A stretch of 64,000 nt of DNA, taken from a virus (Duplodnaviria > Caudoviricetes). The notes below the pieces were generated by a model, which saw only the letters and a program-made list of their open reading frames with translations, had not been told where the DNA came from and made no database searches. Positions 53,327 to 63,301 of this stretch are shown here, one piece after another; within the stretch, counting starts at the first letter, position 1, and each line of letters begins with the position of its first letter. Location: positions 1 to 64,000 of the IMG/VR virus record IMGVR_UViG_3300032038_009890; one strand, 5' to 3'. The translations under genes were made by a program, and so were the position numbers.

Positions 53327-53902
53327 TTGGTAAATTCTGTAATAACTGGTAATAAGACACTAGGTGGCACTACTATGGGAGCATGGAATTAGGGCCTAGA
53401 TGCCTACAGTTTGGCAGTGCGCTATCAAAATTATAAGGGAACACTGCTTGAATGGTTGGATTCTCTCAAAGCCATCTCTCCCACATTCTCAGAACCAGTC
53501 ATAGATACCGAAAACGGCACAACGAGCTTCACCATGAATGACGAAAATGGGGGACATACTATCACTCTCCGCAACGGTCTAGATATCAAAGTAGAATCCA
53601 CAGAAGTCACAGAAGATGGTACTCTAGTAACCTTTAACGATGGCACGACAGTCCTTGTCGGCAACGGTCAAAAGGGTGATCAAGGCGATCCCGGCAGAGA
53701 AATAATCTTCCGCAACGTAGATAACACTCTCTACTGGCGTTACGCAACAGATGATCCAGAGTGGAAACAACTTGCAGACCTCATGCAAATTATGGAGTCA
53801 GTATATACTGCTCATCCGCCTTTTATCTATGTGGATGAACTACCAGACCCTGCGGATGCAATAGAGGGTGTAGAATACAGATTAAGGAATGGAGGTGATT
53901 AA
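53327..53902 (+). CDS. fibre-associated protein with a short collagen-like stretch, 191 aa (TAG=Gln)
   Basis: GGGGTG RBS and TTG start; GLDAYSLAV...GTLLEWLDSLK motif; GQKGDQGDPG. Confidence 0.7.
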
Positions 53903-53904
53903 TC

Positions 53905-55449
53905 TTGGCAAAATCTTATAAATCATATATGCTCTCAGCGGATAAAAAGTCATGGGTCCCGCTGTTTGATGGTGAAAGCTATAATACTCTGAGCGACACT
54001 CCTATTAAGAATCTTTACGGGCAAGCCGAAGAAGTTTATGTAGATATCGGTGCTCTGAACGAGGGCAAGTATCGTATTTCTGGTTACTATAAAGTAGATG
54101 ATAATTCCGAACTGCAAAACGCAGAGGATGTCCCTGTTTTTGTAAATGTCTATACTGATAGTACAACTCCTGAGAAAAAATATGCGGTCTTTGAGAATGT
54201 TAGTTCTGATAGTTTCGGGCAGACTATATATACTATTGAAAATTCCGCCATTACAGATACTCATCATGTCGGCGCAGATGATACTGCCATCCCTGAGATT
54301 CATGAAGATATAAATAGTTTAGATACGCATCTGAGCGAACTAAATAATAATTTTAATAGTTCTGTGGCAGATATTAACAGTACTATCGCAAGTAACTATC
54401 AAGAACTTTCTAGTGAGATAGAACAGTCTGCATCAGAAATCAACGAAATATTAGATAGTCAAGTTACTAGACTGAATGGAAAAATAGAAAGTGAAACCTT
54501 TTCTGTATCAGAAGCATTAAGCAGTGAAGTTACCAGATTAGAAGATAAAATAGATAGCGAAACATCTTTCGTAAGTGATATGCTTACTAGCGAAGTTACC
54601 AGACTTGATAGCACTCTCACAGATCATTCTGAGTCACTTTCAGATATAGATAGTGAAATAGCTGTAATTGACTCTCGTCTTGATGGGCATGATACATCTA
54701 TCTCAGAAATCAATGAGGATATAGCCCTGCTCAATAATACCGAAGAAACAGAAGGTTCTGTTCGCTAGATTGCAAAATCCTACGCCGATGATACAGTAGA
54801 AACCACAACAATCACTCTGGCAGTCGCTGACCAACCTGATCTCAATGACTCTACCACATATGTCCTTTCTCAAGGCGGGGCCGAAATAGGTCGTGTACAT
54901 ATTGCAAAAGACCTCGTAGCTACTTAGGGCGAGTTAGTTACAGAAGATGCAAGTGGTAATTCTGGTATGTTTATCAGGATGACCGTAGCTAATGGAACGC
55001 CTTTTTATATCCCTGTTGATGAGTTAATTGACACTTATCAAGGTTCTGGTGATGTAGGTACTGTATCCAGTGGCATCAGTATTAACGTAACCAATGGTGT
55101 TGTCTCTGCAACTATTGTTTCTTTAGACGGTACTAAACTTGATGCGGGAAGTGTAGGTTTTGATAAGCTTGCACAGGCCGTATAGAGTAAAATCAATAGC
55201 ATTGATGATGTTTATGACGAGTTAATGGGAAATGCATAGACAGATACTGTAACCTCAAAAACAATAGAAGGTCTGGTAAAGAAAACAGATATGACTAGCA
55301 ACACGCTCTCTAATTTGGATACTTATGTTGGAACAATTCCGCAAGAAAGTGATGCTACTACTGTAGTTGATTACATAGATGAAAAGAAAAATGAAACTAT
55401 AGATAATCTTAAACAATATTTGGTTTGGCATAGGTTCACAGAATCTTAA
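53905..55449 (+). CDS. fibre-like structural protein with a coiled-coil stalk, 514 aa (TAG=Gln)
   Basis: GGAGGTG RBS; 20-aa S[QE]VTRL repeats; single frame to TAA 55447-55449. Confidence 0.75.
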
Positions 55450-55454
55450 TTAAC

Positions 55455-55490
55455 AGGGGATGGTCCTTTCGGGGATAATCCCCTTTTTTT
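55455..55490 (+). terminator. intrinsic terminator ending the late operon
   Basis: AGGGGAT...TTCG...ATCCCCT hairpin followed by a T-tract. Confidence 0.85.
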
Positions 55491-55599
55491 ACGCTTTGCT
55501 GTATGATATACTGATTTTATCAAGATGAAAGGATAGGAATACATGATGACTGATGACCACATAAGAAATGTTTTCTTCGAGATACAAGATCTGGCCTAA

Positions 55600-55810
55600 T
55601 TAAGCAGATATCAGGCTAGAAACTATGTTTATGTGCTACATCTATGTAAACAGTGGTGTTAACACTGGTGTTAAGGCTAATAATCAGGCCCCACAAAGCC
55701 CTGATATCAATAAGGTTTATTATTTACTCTCCATTCTTCTCATGGCGGAGATTTTGCCTGAAATTCAATCAGCATCGAGCATTTAAGAATTCGCAAGGTA
55801 TTAATATGTG
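55600..55810. other. probable attP region
   Basis: Non-coding gap between the late terminator and the integrase 3' end; tandem 12-bp repeats AACA[G/C]TGGTGTT (55649-55672); related GTGTTAA near 55808; - strand gene-tail-like SAMRRMESK** at 55717-55749. Confidence 0.55.
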
Positions 55811-57007
55811 TTAATCCTTATTAAATACATTGTTAACGCATTCTGATTTTTCAGATATACTCGACTTATCCTTATTGTACACTGTGGTCGTAATATAAGA
55901 ATTACTATGCCCCATTAATTTAGCAACTATTTTAGGATTCACACCGCTGTCCAGCAAAGTAGTACTATACGTTTTGCGGATTTTATGTAGTGGTTTATAA
56001 GTTATATTACAATTTCTGCAAATAATTTCCAATGACCTTCGAATAGATGCGGCAAACTTACAAAAGATATAGCCATCATCACTTTTGTATTCAAATAACT
56101 TATCTACAATCCACCAATAGTTTTTTGGAATCGGAATATCTCTTAATCCATTCTCTGTCTTTGGAGTGTCTTTAATATATACAACTTTCTTATCATCGAC
56201 CAACTGATAAGATGCTGTTCCTCTGACATGAATAACATAATCGTCAGAAATACTATCACGCTTCAGTGCGCACAACTCTCCAATTCTTAAGCCAGAAACA
56301 AAAATAAGTAAAATCCCAAGATAATTCTTATGCGGATTTTCGCAAATATACTTCTGAATCTTTTTAAATTCTTCATCTGTATAAACTTCATCGGAGTCAT
56401 CGTGCTTAATAACCTTAAATTGTGAACTAGAAATATCTAGTGTTTCAAATATCTCAGAAACAGAATATGATATATATCCCATCTTTTTAGCCCTAATTAA
56501 TGTCCCCTTAATTAATGCCCTGAGATTCCCAAATTGAGGCTTACACACTCCACTACAAGATTTTTCTAAAAATTCCTGCCATTCAAATACAGTAGTTTTA
56601 GATAAATCTTTTGTTCTTAATTTATTATCCTTAAAAAATCTTTTAAATATTTCAACATAAGCTACATGGGTTTTCGGCGCAATTATCTTGCTGTCAAGTC
56701 GATGGTTATTCCACTCCGTAAATACTTCTTCGAACGTATGCACGTTTTCAGTTTCTTCGTATGCGTCAACGATCGTATCTTCCAGAGCTTTTCTCGTAGT
56801 CTTGCACACAAGTTTCAAATTCTTCGGATATCCTTCGGCATGGATATAAGTGCGCCACTTCCCATCCTTACCCTGCCAGACTTTATTTGTATGCTTGCCT
56901 AATATTTCCTCTCGTCTAGTCATATCTACACCAGACCTGATATCTGCTAGATCGATGATACCATGTTCTAGTGCGTATTTCAATAAGTCATTTTCGTCAC
57001 GTTTCAT
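55811..57007 (-). CDS. int: tyrosine integrase
   Basis: GLRIGEL (R), HKIR (HxxR), LMGH and catalytic Tyr in TTTVY; no TAG. Confidence 0.93.
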   Translation of the reverse strand: MKRDENDLLKYALEHGIIDLADIRSGVDMTRREEILGKHTNKVWQGKDGKWRTYIHAEGYPKNLKLVCKTTRKALEDTIVDAYEETENVHTFEEVFTEWNNHRLDSKIIAPKTHVAYVEIFKRFFKDNKLRTKDLSKTTVFEWQEFLEKSCSGVCKPQFGNLRALIKGTLIRAKKMGYISYSVSEIFETLDISSSQFKVIKHDDSDEVYTDEEFKKIQKYICENPHKNYLGILLIFVSGLRIGELCALKRDSISDDYVIHVRGTASYQLVDDKKVVYIKDTPKTENGLRDIPIPKNYWWIVDKLFEYKSDDGYIFCKFAASIRRSLEIICRNCNITYKPLHKIRKTYSTTLLDSGVNPKIVAKLMGHSNSYITTTVYNKDKSSISEKSECVNNVFNKD

Positions 57008-57024
57008 ATAATATTCTCATTTAA

Positions 57025-57048
57025 AAAGGAGCGGTTTCCCGCCCCTTT
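57025..57048 (-). terminator. hairpin terminator between the early operon and the integrase
   Basis: AAAGGAGCGG-tttc-CCGCCCCTTT, giving a U-tract on the - strand. Confidence 0.6.
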
Positions 57049-57052
57049 AGTT

Positions 57053-57253
57053 TTAACTAGTTATTAATTTACATATATACTCTATCAATACCACAGGCCA
57101 GATAAGATCATGCGAATACCCATAAGCCAAAACAAGTAAGTAGCTTTCAATAGGTTCGTCTGAATCGAATCCTATTAGTTTGCATATCTCATACTGTTTC
57201 ACAAGACTTGCCCAAAAATAAAACGCCCAGTATATTATAAGCATATTTTTCAT
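57053..57253 (-). CDS. small membrane hypothetical protein
   Basis: 66 aa hydrophobic; ATGA overlap with gmk. Confidence 0.6.
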   Translation of the reverse strand: MKNMLIIYWAFYFWASLVKQYEICKLIGFDSDEPIESYLLVLAYGYSHDLIWPVVLIEYICKLITS

Positions 57254-57783
57254 GATATTAATTTAATTATATCCTCAACGATTTCTTCTGGCGTTAAATT
57301 ATCAGTAGTAATTGCATAATCATAGTAGGAATCAATATTTTGAAAATCAGCTTTGTCTGCTTTAATTCTTCTAAGGGCCTCATCCGAGTCTTGTCCACGC
57401 TTCCTAAGACGGTCCCAAGCAACACCCTCGGTTACGTTAAGGTAAATAATTATAGGATTAATCTCATCCCCTACCATATGGCGAATTTTTTGCATCCCTT
57501 CAGGATTCATAACAATGCAACAGTCATCACATAATCCCTGCTTAGAAGTGCCGTAATACCATACATCACCAGAGGCCACATTGTATGACGTGGTCTCAAA
57601 AAAGAAATCTGCGCCGCGCAATTGCAAAAACTCAGCAGGAGTAAGATAATTGTATTCTTTATCCTCGCCCTCACGCTTTGGTCTAGTAGTATAAGTCCTT
57701 ATGCGCGTTATCCCGTGTAACTCTTCTAGTAGATTAGCCACAGTAGATTTACCGCTACAGGTCTTACCAACTAATATAATCAA
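57250..57783 (-). CDS. gmk: guanylate kinase-like NMP kinase
   Basis: P-loop GKTCSGKS; TYTTRPKREGE; WYYGT; RLRKRG. Confidence 0.88.
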   Translation of the reverse strand: MIILVGKTCSGKSTVANLLEELHGITRIRTYTTRPKREGEDKEYNYLTPAEFLQLRGADFFFETTSYNVASGDVWYYGTSKQGLCDDCCIVMNPEGMQKIRHMVGDEINPIIIYLNVTEGVAWDRLRKRGQDSDEALRRIKADKADFQNIDSYYDYAITTDNLTPEEIVEDIIKLIS

Positions 57784-58146
57784 TCAATCACCTTCTTGTT
57801 CTTCAACGCTTTTGGCGTCAACGATTATATATGGATACTCCATTTCTAAAATGGTATAGTGTTCTTTAACATATGATAGTGGTACAGTATCAGATATAGC
57901 AATTTTATATGCTTCTACACCTTTACAACGCGGAATATTAATAGCGGCATATATTGATGTTAAAGCAAGAATAATCATAAATACTAATTTCGCAATATCC
58001 CCCTGTTCCAATCCAACTACAATTAAAAGATATGTGAACACCAATAGAAACAAGATTGAACATATAGTGCTTATAATAGCAACACCATGTAACATTTCCC
58101 ACGTAGAATCAATCCATCGAATTTTATCTAATATTACAACGTTCAT
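57784..58146 (-). CDS. membrane hypothetical protein, 120 aa
   Basis: Two TM segments; start moved to MNVVIL, which overlaps the upstream TGA. Confidence 0.65.
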   Translation of the reverse strand: MNVVILDKIRWIDSTWEMLHGVAIISTICSILFLLVFTYLLIVVGLEQGDIAKLVFMIILALTSIYAAINIPRCKGVEAYKIAISDTVPLSYVKEHYTILEMEYPYIIVDAKSVEEQEGD

Positions 58147-58418
58147 AGTTCTTCTTCCATTAATAAGAATCCAGGCCAAACACTACAGGTCCTGTGTAGT
58201 AATTCTTCCAATACTTTGTCACTTTCTCCATCAACCGTCGGATGATCATATAATCGCAATTTATAGTTATGTTGCAGATAGTTAAGCCTCATAATAATGG
58301 CCCTAATCGTTGAACCATCTATGTCGGAGGAGTACTTATCATAATCTAATTCTTTCTCTGATTTAAGAAAAACTTCGGCCTGTCTCTTGATTTCTTCTTT
58401 GATCTCTTCTTTCTTCAT
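58143..58418 (-). CDS. hypothetical protein
   Basis: Coupled overlaps on both sides within the - strand operon. Confidence 0.65.
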   Translation of the reverse strand: MKKEEIKEEIKRQAEVFLKSEKELDYDKYSSDIDGSTIRAIIMRLNYLQHNYKLRLYDHPTVDGESDKVLEELLHRTCSVWPGFLLMEEEL

Positions 58419-58660
58419 TTTAGCACCTCACAAGATGTAATATTATTCTTATAAATCATAAAAGCTTCATTGTAATCGCGTCCTGCATAAGCCCAGTTAT
58501 CATCTACCCAGACATGGTAAGTTACTTCGTTGCAATAATTGTTCTTTAGTAAATATGATTTACATAGCTTAAACAAGTGTACTGCATTGTTTTCTTCTAG
58601 AAGCCATGGATAATTACCTTCTTTTGCAAGGCTATTTAACCAAAGATGATATTTATCCAT
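58415..58660 (-). CDS. hypothetical protein
   Basis: Coupled overlaps on both sides. Confidence 0.65.
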   Translation of the reverse strand: MDKYHLWLNSLAKEGNYPWLLEENNAVHLFKLCKSYLLKNNYCNEVTYHVWVDDNWAYAGRDYNEAFMIYKNNITSCEVLK

Positions 58661-59223
58661 TATGCCCCCGTAGAACCAAAACCACCATTGCGAATACCAT
58701 CTGCGTGATCATTATTTGTGATACCATAAATCTCGAAACTTGCTTGCACAAATTTGTCGCCCTTTTTAATATCAATCCTCTTATCGCCTTCATTCCTGAT
58801 TCTGATAAAAATATGTCCTTCGTTATCACTATAAAAATAATCGCTATCAATTTGAGGAATAGTGTTTGCTATACGCATAAAATATTTCGACCCAAGCCCG
58901 CTCCTAGGATAAAACGCAAGCTTAAATCCAGGAATCATCTTAGCCCTAATTCCTGTAGGAATCATAATAGATTCATTTGGGTCAAGCTTAAATGATAAAG
59001 GACTAAAGAAATCATAATCTCCAGAGCCAGTAGTACTTCGAATAGGCAAATTAAGATTATCATAAATCTCGCTTATGATTCTTTCGTTATACAGATACTC
59101 ATCTTGAGGTTTGGTAAATGTTATCAGCCAATCTTCTCGAAACTGCACATAAGATACTTTATAAAATTCTCCCACTCTCAGAGGCCATTCGCCAAAAATA
59201 TTTTTAAGTGTTTCAACATTCAT
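58660..59223 (-). CDS. dut: trimeric dUTPase
   Basis: SGDYDF, IPTGI, PRSGLG, IDSDY, GDKFVQ and RNGGFGSTG motifs; GGAGG RBS favours ATG at 59223. Confidence 0.93.
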   Translation of the reverse strand: MNVETLKNIFGEWPLRVGEFYKVSYVQFREDWLITFTKPQDEYLYNERIISEIYDNLNLPIRSTTGSGDYDFFSPLSFKLDPNESIMIPTGIRAKMIPGFKLAFYPRSGLGSKYFMRIANTIPQIDSDYFYSDNEGHIFIRIRNEGDKRIDIKKGDKFVQASFEIYGITNNDHADGIRNGGFGSTGA

Positions 59224-59225
59224 AA

Positions 59226-59789
59226 TTAAAATTCCCTCCAACCCTGAATAATCTCTTTAATTCTTTCTTTTTCAAATCCTTCGGCCTGTAAATAAACGAT
59301 ATACGCTTTAAGATCATATAAGGCGCGCGTTATCTTATTTTTCCGCTCATCAAAAATTGACGGATCGTTCTGAATCTTGCGCTTTATAACAATAGCATTA
59401 CTCCCATCATAATTCTGATAATATTCTTGAAATTCTTTCACTTCATATTCTACGGACGTTTCTCCACAATAAGAATCCAAATCGGAGCAAATTTTTTTCC
59501 ATTCTTTCGTTGATTCGTTATATTCATATACATTTGAAGGACAGAAAGGATCGTCCTCAACAGTTATACGTACGTCTACTGATTCATTTGTGGACCAAAT
59601 AATTTGCCCTCGTATATAAAGTCTATTGTCTATCACGGCATCAATAACATCATCAGATGTTTCATATTCTTCTACATTATTTGCATCGTGCAACACTTCA
59701 GCATACTTATATGCCTTTTCTTTCTCAATAAAAATCCTATTAATACACCAATCGGAATAGCTACCAGTAGATACAATATATACTTTCAT
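59226..59789 (-). CDS. hypothetical phage protein
   Basis: AAGGAG RBS; N-terminus MKVYIV...EKEKAYKY resembles that of 60197..60661. Confidence 0.75.
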   Translation of the reverse strand: MKVYIVSTGSYSDWCINRIFIEKEKAYKYAEVLHDANNVEEYETSDDVIDAVIDNRLYIRGQIIWSTNESVDVRITVEDDPFCPSNVYEYNESTKEWKKICSDLDSYCGETSVEYEVKEFQEYYQNYDGSNAIVIKRKIQNDPSIFDERKNKITRALYDLKAYIVYLQAEGFEKERIKEIIQGWREF

Positions 59790-59798
59790 ATATTCTCC

Positions 59799-60200
59799 TT
59801 ATTTGCAGGCGGCAAAAACAATGATGTAATAGCTCGAAGCAATTTGCATCATGTGTGCCATTTGATCACATATTAAATTAATCGATCTCTTATTTGCTTT
59901 CATATCATCTATATAAGAATGCAGTAAAGCATGAAACGGAATAAGGAATAAACACATCATAAACCCATTAACATTCATTATTCTATATGAATAAAATAAG
60001 AGCGGCAAATGCACCATAAAAGCCCAACTAAATCCATGCATGATCAGAGCAACGATATAATCATACTTATACATCTTATCAGGCGCATGTTCACTCCACC
60101 ACTTCTTCTGCTTCATACTTGCCAAAACACCTTGCAGATAATAATCGTCTACAATATGGCAAAAGATCATGCAAAGCAGAATAAATATTTTGATACTCAT
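59799..60200 (-). CDS. DUF3307-like membrane protein
   Basis: HIVDDYYLQ...H...H...D..K...DQMAH motif pattern. Confidence 0.8.
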   Translation of the reverse strand: MSIKIFILLCMIFCHIVDDYYLQGVLASMKQKKWWSEHAPDKMYKYDYIVALIMHGFSWAFMVHLPLLFYSYRIMNVNGFMMCLFLIPFHALLHSYIDDMKANKRSINLICDQMAHMMQIASSYYIIVFAACK

Positions 60201-60661
60201 ATCTCACCTTCTCCTCGCTCTTTTTTAATTGCCTCTGTTATTTCTTCGTCTGTCATTCCCCTGCTAACCATATCCTTAACCTTTACCATCCAAGCGGTCA
60301 GCACGGCTTTGATACTTTTTTCAAGTATATCCATATCTTCGCCCCTATATTCCCTAACATATTGTATAATCCAATACTCTCCACACATAAAACCATGGCC
60401 ATACTCCATGCCAGTAAATGTAGTTACTTCATGACAATAAAGGTCTATTTTTACTTCTATTACTTTATCATTATCCCATAATATATGCGCTCCAACATAT
60501 TGTTTTGTGAGAATGTCTATATGATTATCTTCCAATTCCCAAGTAATATAAGTAAAATATTCTGGGTCAGTAGCATTTATATATCTTTCAGCATTCTTTT
60601 TTTCTGCAAAAATATGCGCGGTTCCTGTGTCTTTACCAGATACTATATAAACACATTTCAT
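60197..60661 (-). CDS. hypothetical phage protein, distant paralogue of 59226..59789
   Basis: MKCVYIV...FAEKKNAERY N-terminus; similar C-terminal GMTDEEI. Confidence 0.7.
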   Translation of the reverse strand: MKCVYIVSGKDTGTAHIFAEKKNAERYINATDPEYFTYITWELEDNHIDILTKQYVGAHILWDNDKVIEVKIDLYCHEVTTFTGMEYGHGFMCGEYWIIQYVREYRGEDMDILEKSIKAVLTAWMVKVKDMVSRGMTDEEITEAIKKERGEGEI

Positions 60662-60855
60662 TCTTCGTCCTCTATTTGTATCTTACCATTTTCCCATGCA
60701 TCTGAAATAGTTTTTACTGCCAAACGCCAAGCAGAGCCGTCAAATATTCTTCCGACTTCTTTTGCTTGTGTTTTCTGATTAGAATATAGATCGTTTTGCA
60801 GGCAGTCATTCATACCACGATTTACAAGTATTTTAAACGCATCAGATAGTTTCAT
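60658..60855 (-). CDS. hypothetical protein
   Basis: ATGA overlaps on both sides. Confidence 0.65.
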   Translation of the reverse strand: MKLSDAFKILVNRGMNDCLQNDLYSNQKTQAKEVGRIFDGSAWRLAVKTISDAWENGKIQIEDEE

Positions 60856-61118
60856 TCGTCATCACCAGTGTACACAGTCAATTCCTTTTTACGTTTTTCG
60901 GCCTCTTTAACCACGGCGACTGCTAAAGCCCTATCATCAAAAACACTCACGTCGCACTCATCGTAAGAAATAATAAATGCTTGGCGAGAATCCTTGTCTA
61001 CCCCTACAAAACTATTCTCGTATACTGTGCGTACCTTTAATTCACACACCTCATATATACCAGTATTGTGATGGATACGACTCCAATATACGGTTTCACC
61101 AAGACCTATTACCTTCAT
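60852..61118 (-). CDS. hypothetical protein
   Basis: Overlapping operon organisation. Confidence 0.7.
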   Translation of the reverse strand: MKVIGLGETVYWSRIHHNTGIYEVCELKVRTVYENSFVGVDKDSRQAFIISYDECDVSVFDDRALAVAVVKEAEKRKKELTVYTGDDE

Positions 61119-61354
61119 TACTCACTGTCTCCAAATTGTGGAGAAAGATTATACGGGAACTGCGATTCTATATATTCTTGTAATAGGCTCAACATTTCAT
61201 CTTCCTCGGGAAAGAATATATCACGTCTTTTAACAGATTGCACCCATCCAAGGAAATTTGACATAAATTGCCCAAAACGTTGGCTTACAAAGTATCTCTT
61301 ATGGGCCGCACAAAGTTCTGCATAAAATTTATCTAATCTATTTGGGTCTCTCAC
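61118..61354 (-). CDS. hypothetical phage protein (MRDPNR-type)
   Basis: MRDPNRL...RFGQ...DIFFPEED pattern seen in small phage proteins. Confidence 0.75.
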   Translation of the reverse strand: MRDPNRLDKFYAELCAAHKRYFVSQRFGQFMSNFLGWVQSVKRRDIFFPEEDEMLSLLQEYIESQFPYNLSPQFGDSE

Positions 61355-62190
61355 AATCTAAACCTCGTCTTGCTATCCTTTTTATTTTCTAATTTATCCA
61401 ACAATATGGCCGCAAGTTCAACATCACCATTATGATTTGCCATGTCCAATAGTTTTTTCATTGTTGGCGCTTTGATATAATCATCTTTCACCAACTGTAT
61501 AACAATATCTCTACAATACGGATAATAATTCAACGCTATGTCTTTTGCATGCTTCGCAATATATTCTTTTGATTCGTTATACATTGGATCATCTTCAGAA
61601 GCAAGCGGCAAGAAATTAAGAAATGTTACGACTTTTTCCATTATTGATTGGCTTTTATGCACAGGCGGAAAGATAGTTGGCTTAATTGTTTTCTTGTGCT
61701 GAGCATATAGCCAAATACGATGTTTTATTCCCTCTACATATTGAATATCCATCATGCATTCATTAACTGGATTATATACTGCTCTTGTTAGTTTATTATT
61801 TCCTTTAAGCTTGCGGAAATAATCTTCACACCATCGACTGGTTTTAAGATAGTCTTGTCTAAGGAATTCTTCTCGTCTCTGATATTCTGAAAGAGTGTGG
61901 CATGGAGAAAGTAATTCTTCCTCAGAAAAAATATGTTTATCTAGATATGCAAATACCTTTTTTAATATTTCATCTTTCTTTGTATCGTACATATAAAATC
62001 CATAGCATGAATATTCATATACTTCGTAGTGCATTTTGTCAAATAAATTAAAGTATAAATAGCCGTCACCGTTTGATCGGACATATATCTTATATCCTTT
62101 ATAGTCAAATTGATCTATTGCCCAACTTTTTGCAAGCTCCTCATCACTAAGTTGATCATTCTTATATATTCCAGTGCAATCATATCCCAT
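61351..62190 (-). CDS. hypothetical protein, 279 aa
   Basis: Long ORF within the operon; TGA stop. Confidence 0.75.
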   Translation of the reverse strand: MGYDCTGIYKNDQLSDEELAKSWAIDQFDYKGYKIYVRSNGDGYLYFNLFDKMHYEVYEYSCYGFYMYDTKKDEILKKVFAYLDKHIFSEEELLSPCHTLSEYQRREEFLRQDYLKTSRWCEDYFRKLKGNNKLTRAVYNPVNECMMDIQYVEGIKHRIWLYAQHKKTIKPTIFPPVHKSQSIMEKVVTFLNFLPLASEDDPMYNESKEYIAKHAKDIALNYYPYCRDIVIQLVKDDYIKAPTMKKLLDMANHNGDVELAAILLDKLENKKDSKTRFRL

Positions 62191-62191
62191 C

Positions 62192-62767
62192 TTATTGCCT
62201 CATATTATTAGTTATTCTTATGAGTTGTCCTCCAATTAAATTTCCAATTACTACTTTGCACAAAAACACAATATCATATGGATTAAATTTTCTTGCTACT
62301 CCAAAATACACCATGTCAGCAATACTATGCTCAAAACCGCAAACAATAAAAGCCATCACACCCATTATAAGCAAAATAGGTTGATTGTTTTTATATCCTT
62401 CAACTGCAATATAAATAAAAATATTACAAAGCACTGCCAATATAATTGTTTGTAATGATGTTTCAGATAGCTTTGTATTACAAACCGCAATGGCATTTTC
62501 ATAAAGATTAGGCTTAACAAAGCTGATAATAAGTCCTCCTATATACGCGCCAATGAAATTGCCAAAAAGAATACTTGTTAACTCATAAATATCTTTTGAA
62601 TAAGATGCTTTACCAGTAAATAGTAATTGTCCAGTACAACATATAGCGTATAATCCAACGGCAAATAAAAATGCACCAATTATTTTATTGTCAACCGAGA
62701 GGGAACACGTCCCTCCCAGTGCAATAAACAATCCACCAATTATGGATTTAATTAATCGTTGTTCCAT
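62192..62767 (-). CDS. formate/nitrite transporter (FNT) family channel
   Basis: LFTGK, GNFIG, LCN, GFEHSIADM and IGNLIGG signature motifs. Confidence 0.88.
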   Translation of the reverse strand: MEQRLIKSIIGGLFIALGGTCSLSVDNKIIGAFLFAVGLYAICCTGQLLFTGKASYSKDIYELTSILFGNFIGAYIGGLIISFVKPNLYENAIAVCNTKLSETSLQTIILAVLCNIFIYIAVEGYKNNQPILLIMGVMAFIVCGFEHSIADMVYFGVARKFNPYDIVFLCKVVIGNLIGGQLIRITNNMRQ

Positions 62768-63297
62768 AAAATAATCTCTTCGTTTTCATCAAATTTCTTC
62801 ATAGTGTTTTTTATATCAATGATTCTTTGATTCGCACTTCCACGAAAAGCTAAAGTCAAATCACGTTTATCGTATTCAAATTGACCATCAATCAGAACAT
62901 CTATATTTGATAATAGATTATATCTTGATAATGTTTGCTCACTGTTTGAATATTCAACAGAAAGAATAATATCTTCAAATTTAAAGCCTGTATAAACCCA
63001 GACTTGTTTATTTGGATACAATTTTCTTATTCTTTGAATCAAATGATATATTGTAGTTACATTTTGTTCAGCCAGAGGCTCTCCACCAAGAAATGAAACT
63101 CGCTTAATGTAATCACGTCCGACCAATTTTAAGAATCGTTCTTCTGTTTCTTCTGTCCATTCTTTGCCCCCATTAAAATCCCAAGTTTGCTGATTAAAAC
63201 ATCCTTTGCAATGAAAGGGACAGCCTTGAACAAACAGACTTACGCCAACGCTATTCCCATTACAAATATCGCATTCATAAAAATCTGCATATCTCAT
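62752..63297 (-). CDS. nrdG: anaerobic ribonucleotide reductase activase (radical SAM)
   Basis: CPFHCKGC (CxxxCxxC), LGGEP, FRGSANQ. Confidence 0.95.
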   Translation of the reverse strand: MRYADFYECDICNGNSVGVSLFVQGCPFHCKGCFNQQTWDFNGGKEWTEETEERFLKLVGRDYIKRVSFLGGEPLAEQNVTTIYHLIQRIRKLYPNKQVWVYTGFKFEDIILSVEYSNSEQTLSRYNLLSNIDVLIDGQFEYDKRDLTLAFRGSANQRIIDIKNTMKKFDENEEIILWNND

Positions 63298-63301
63298 TAT
63301 A

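Noticed and set aside
1728-54900. Many - strand and alternate-frame ORFs overlapping the late genes
   Set aside because: Shadow ORFs (Ser/Phe/Leu-rich antisense of Lys/Glu-rich coding) with no recognisable motifs.
1711-55449. Reading the fragmented + strand ORFs as pseudogenes of a decayed prophage
   Set aside because: Interruptions are only TAG, never TAA/TGA or random frameshifts, and the frame changes coincide with group I intron structures.
55500-55662. Small + strand ORF MMTDDHIRNVFFEIQDLA (55543-55599) after a TGnTATACT-like -10 element
   Set aside because: Only 18 codons, runs toward the att region and has no recognisable homology; it could be a remnant but cannot be supported.
56666-61325. 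+ strand ORFs opposite the early operon
   Set aside because: Antisense to well-supported, tightly overlapping - strand genes.
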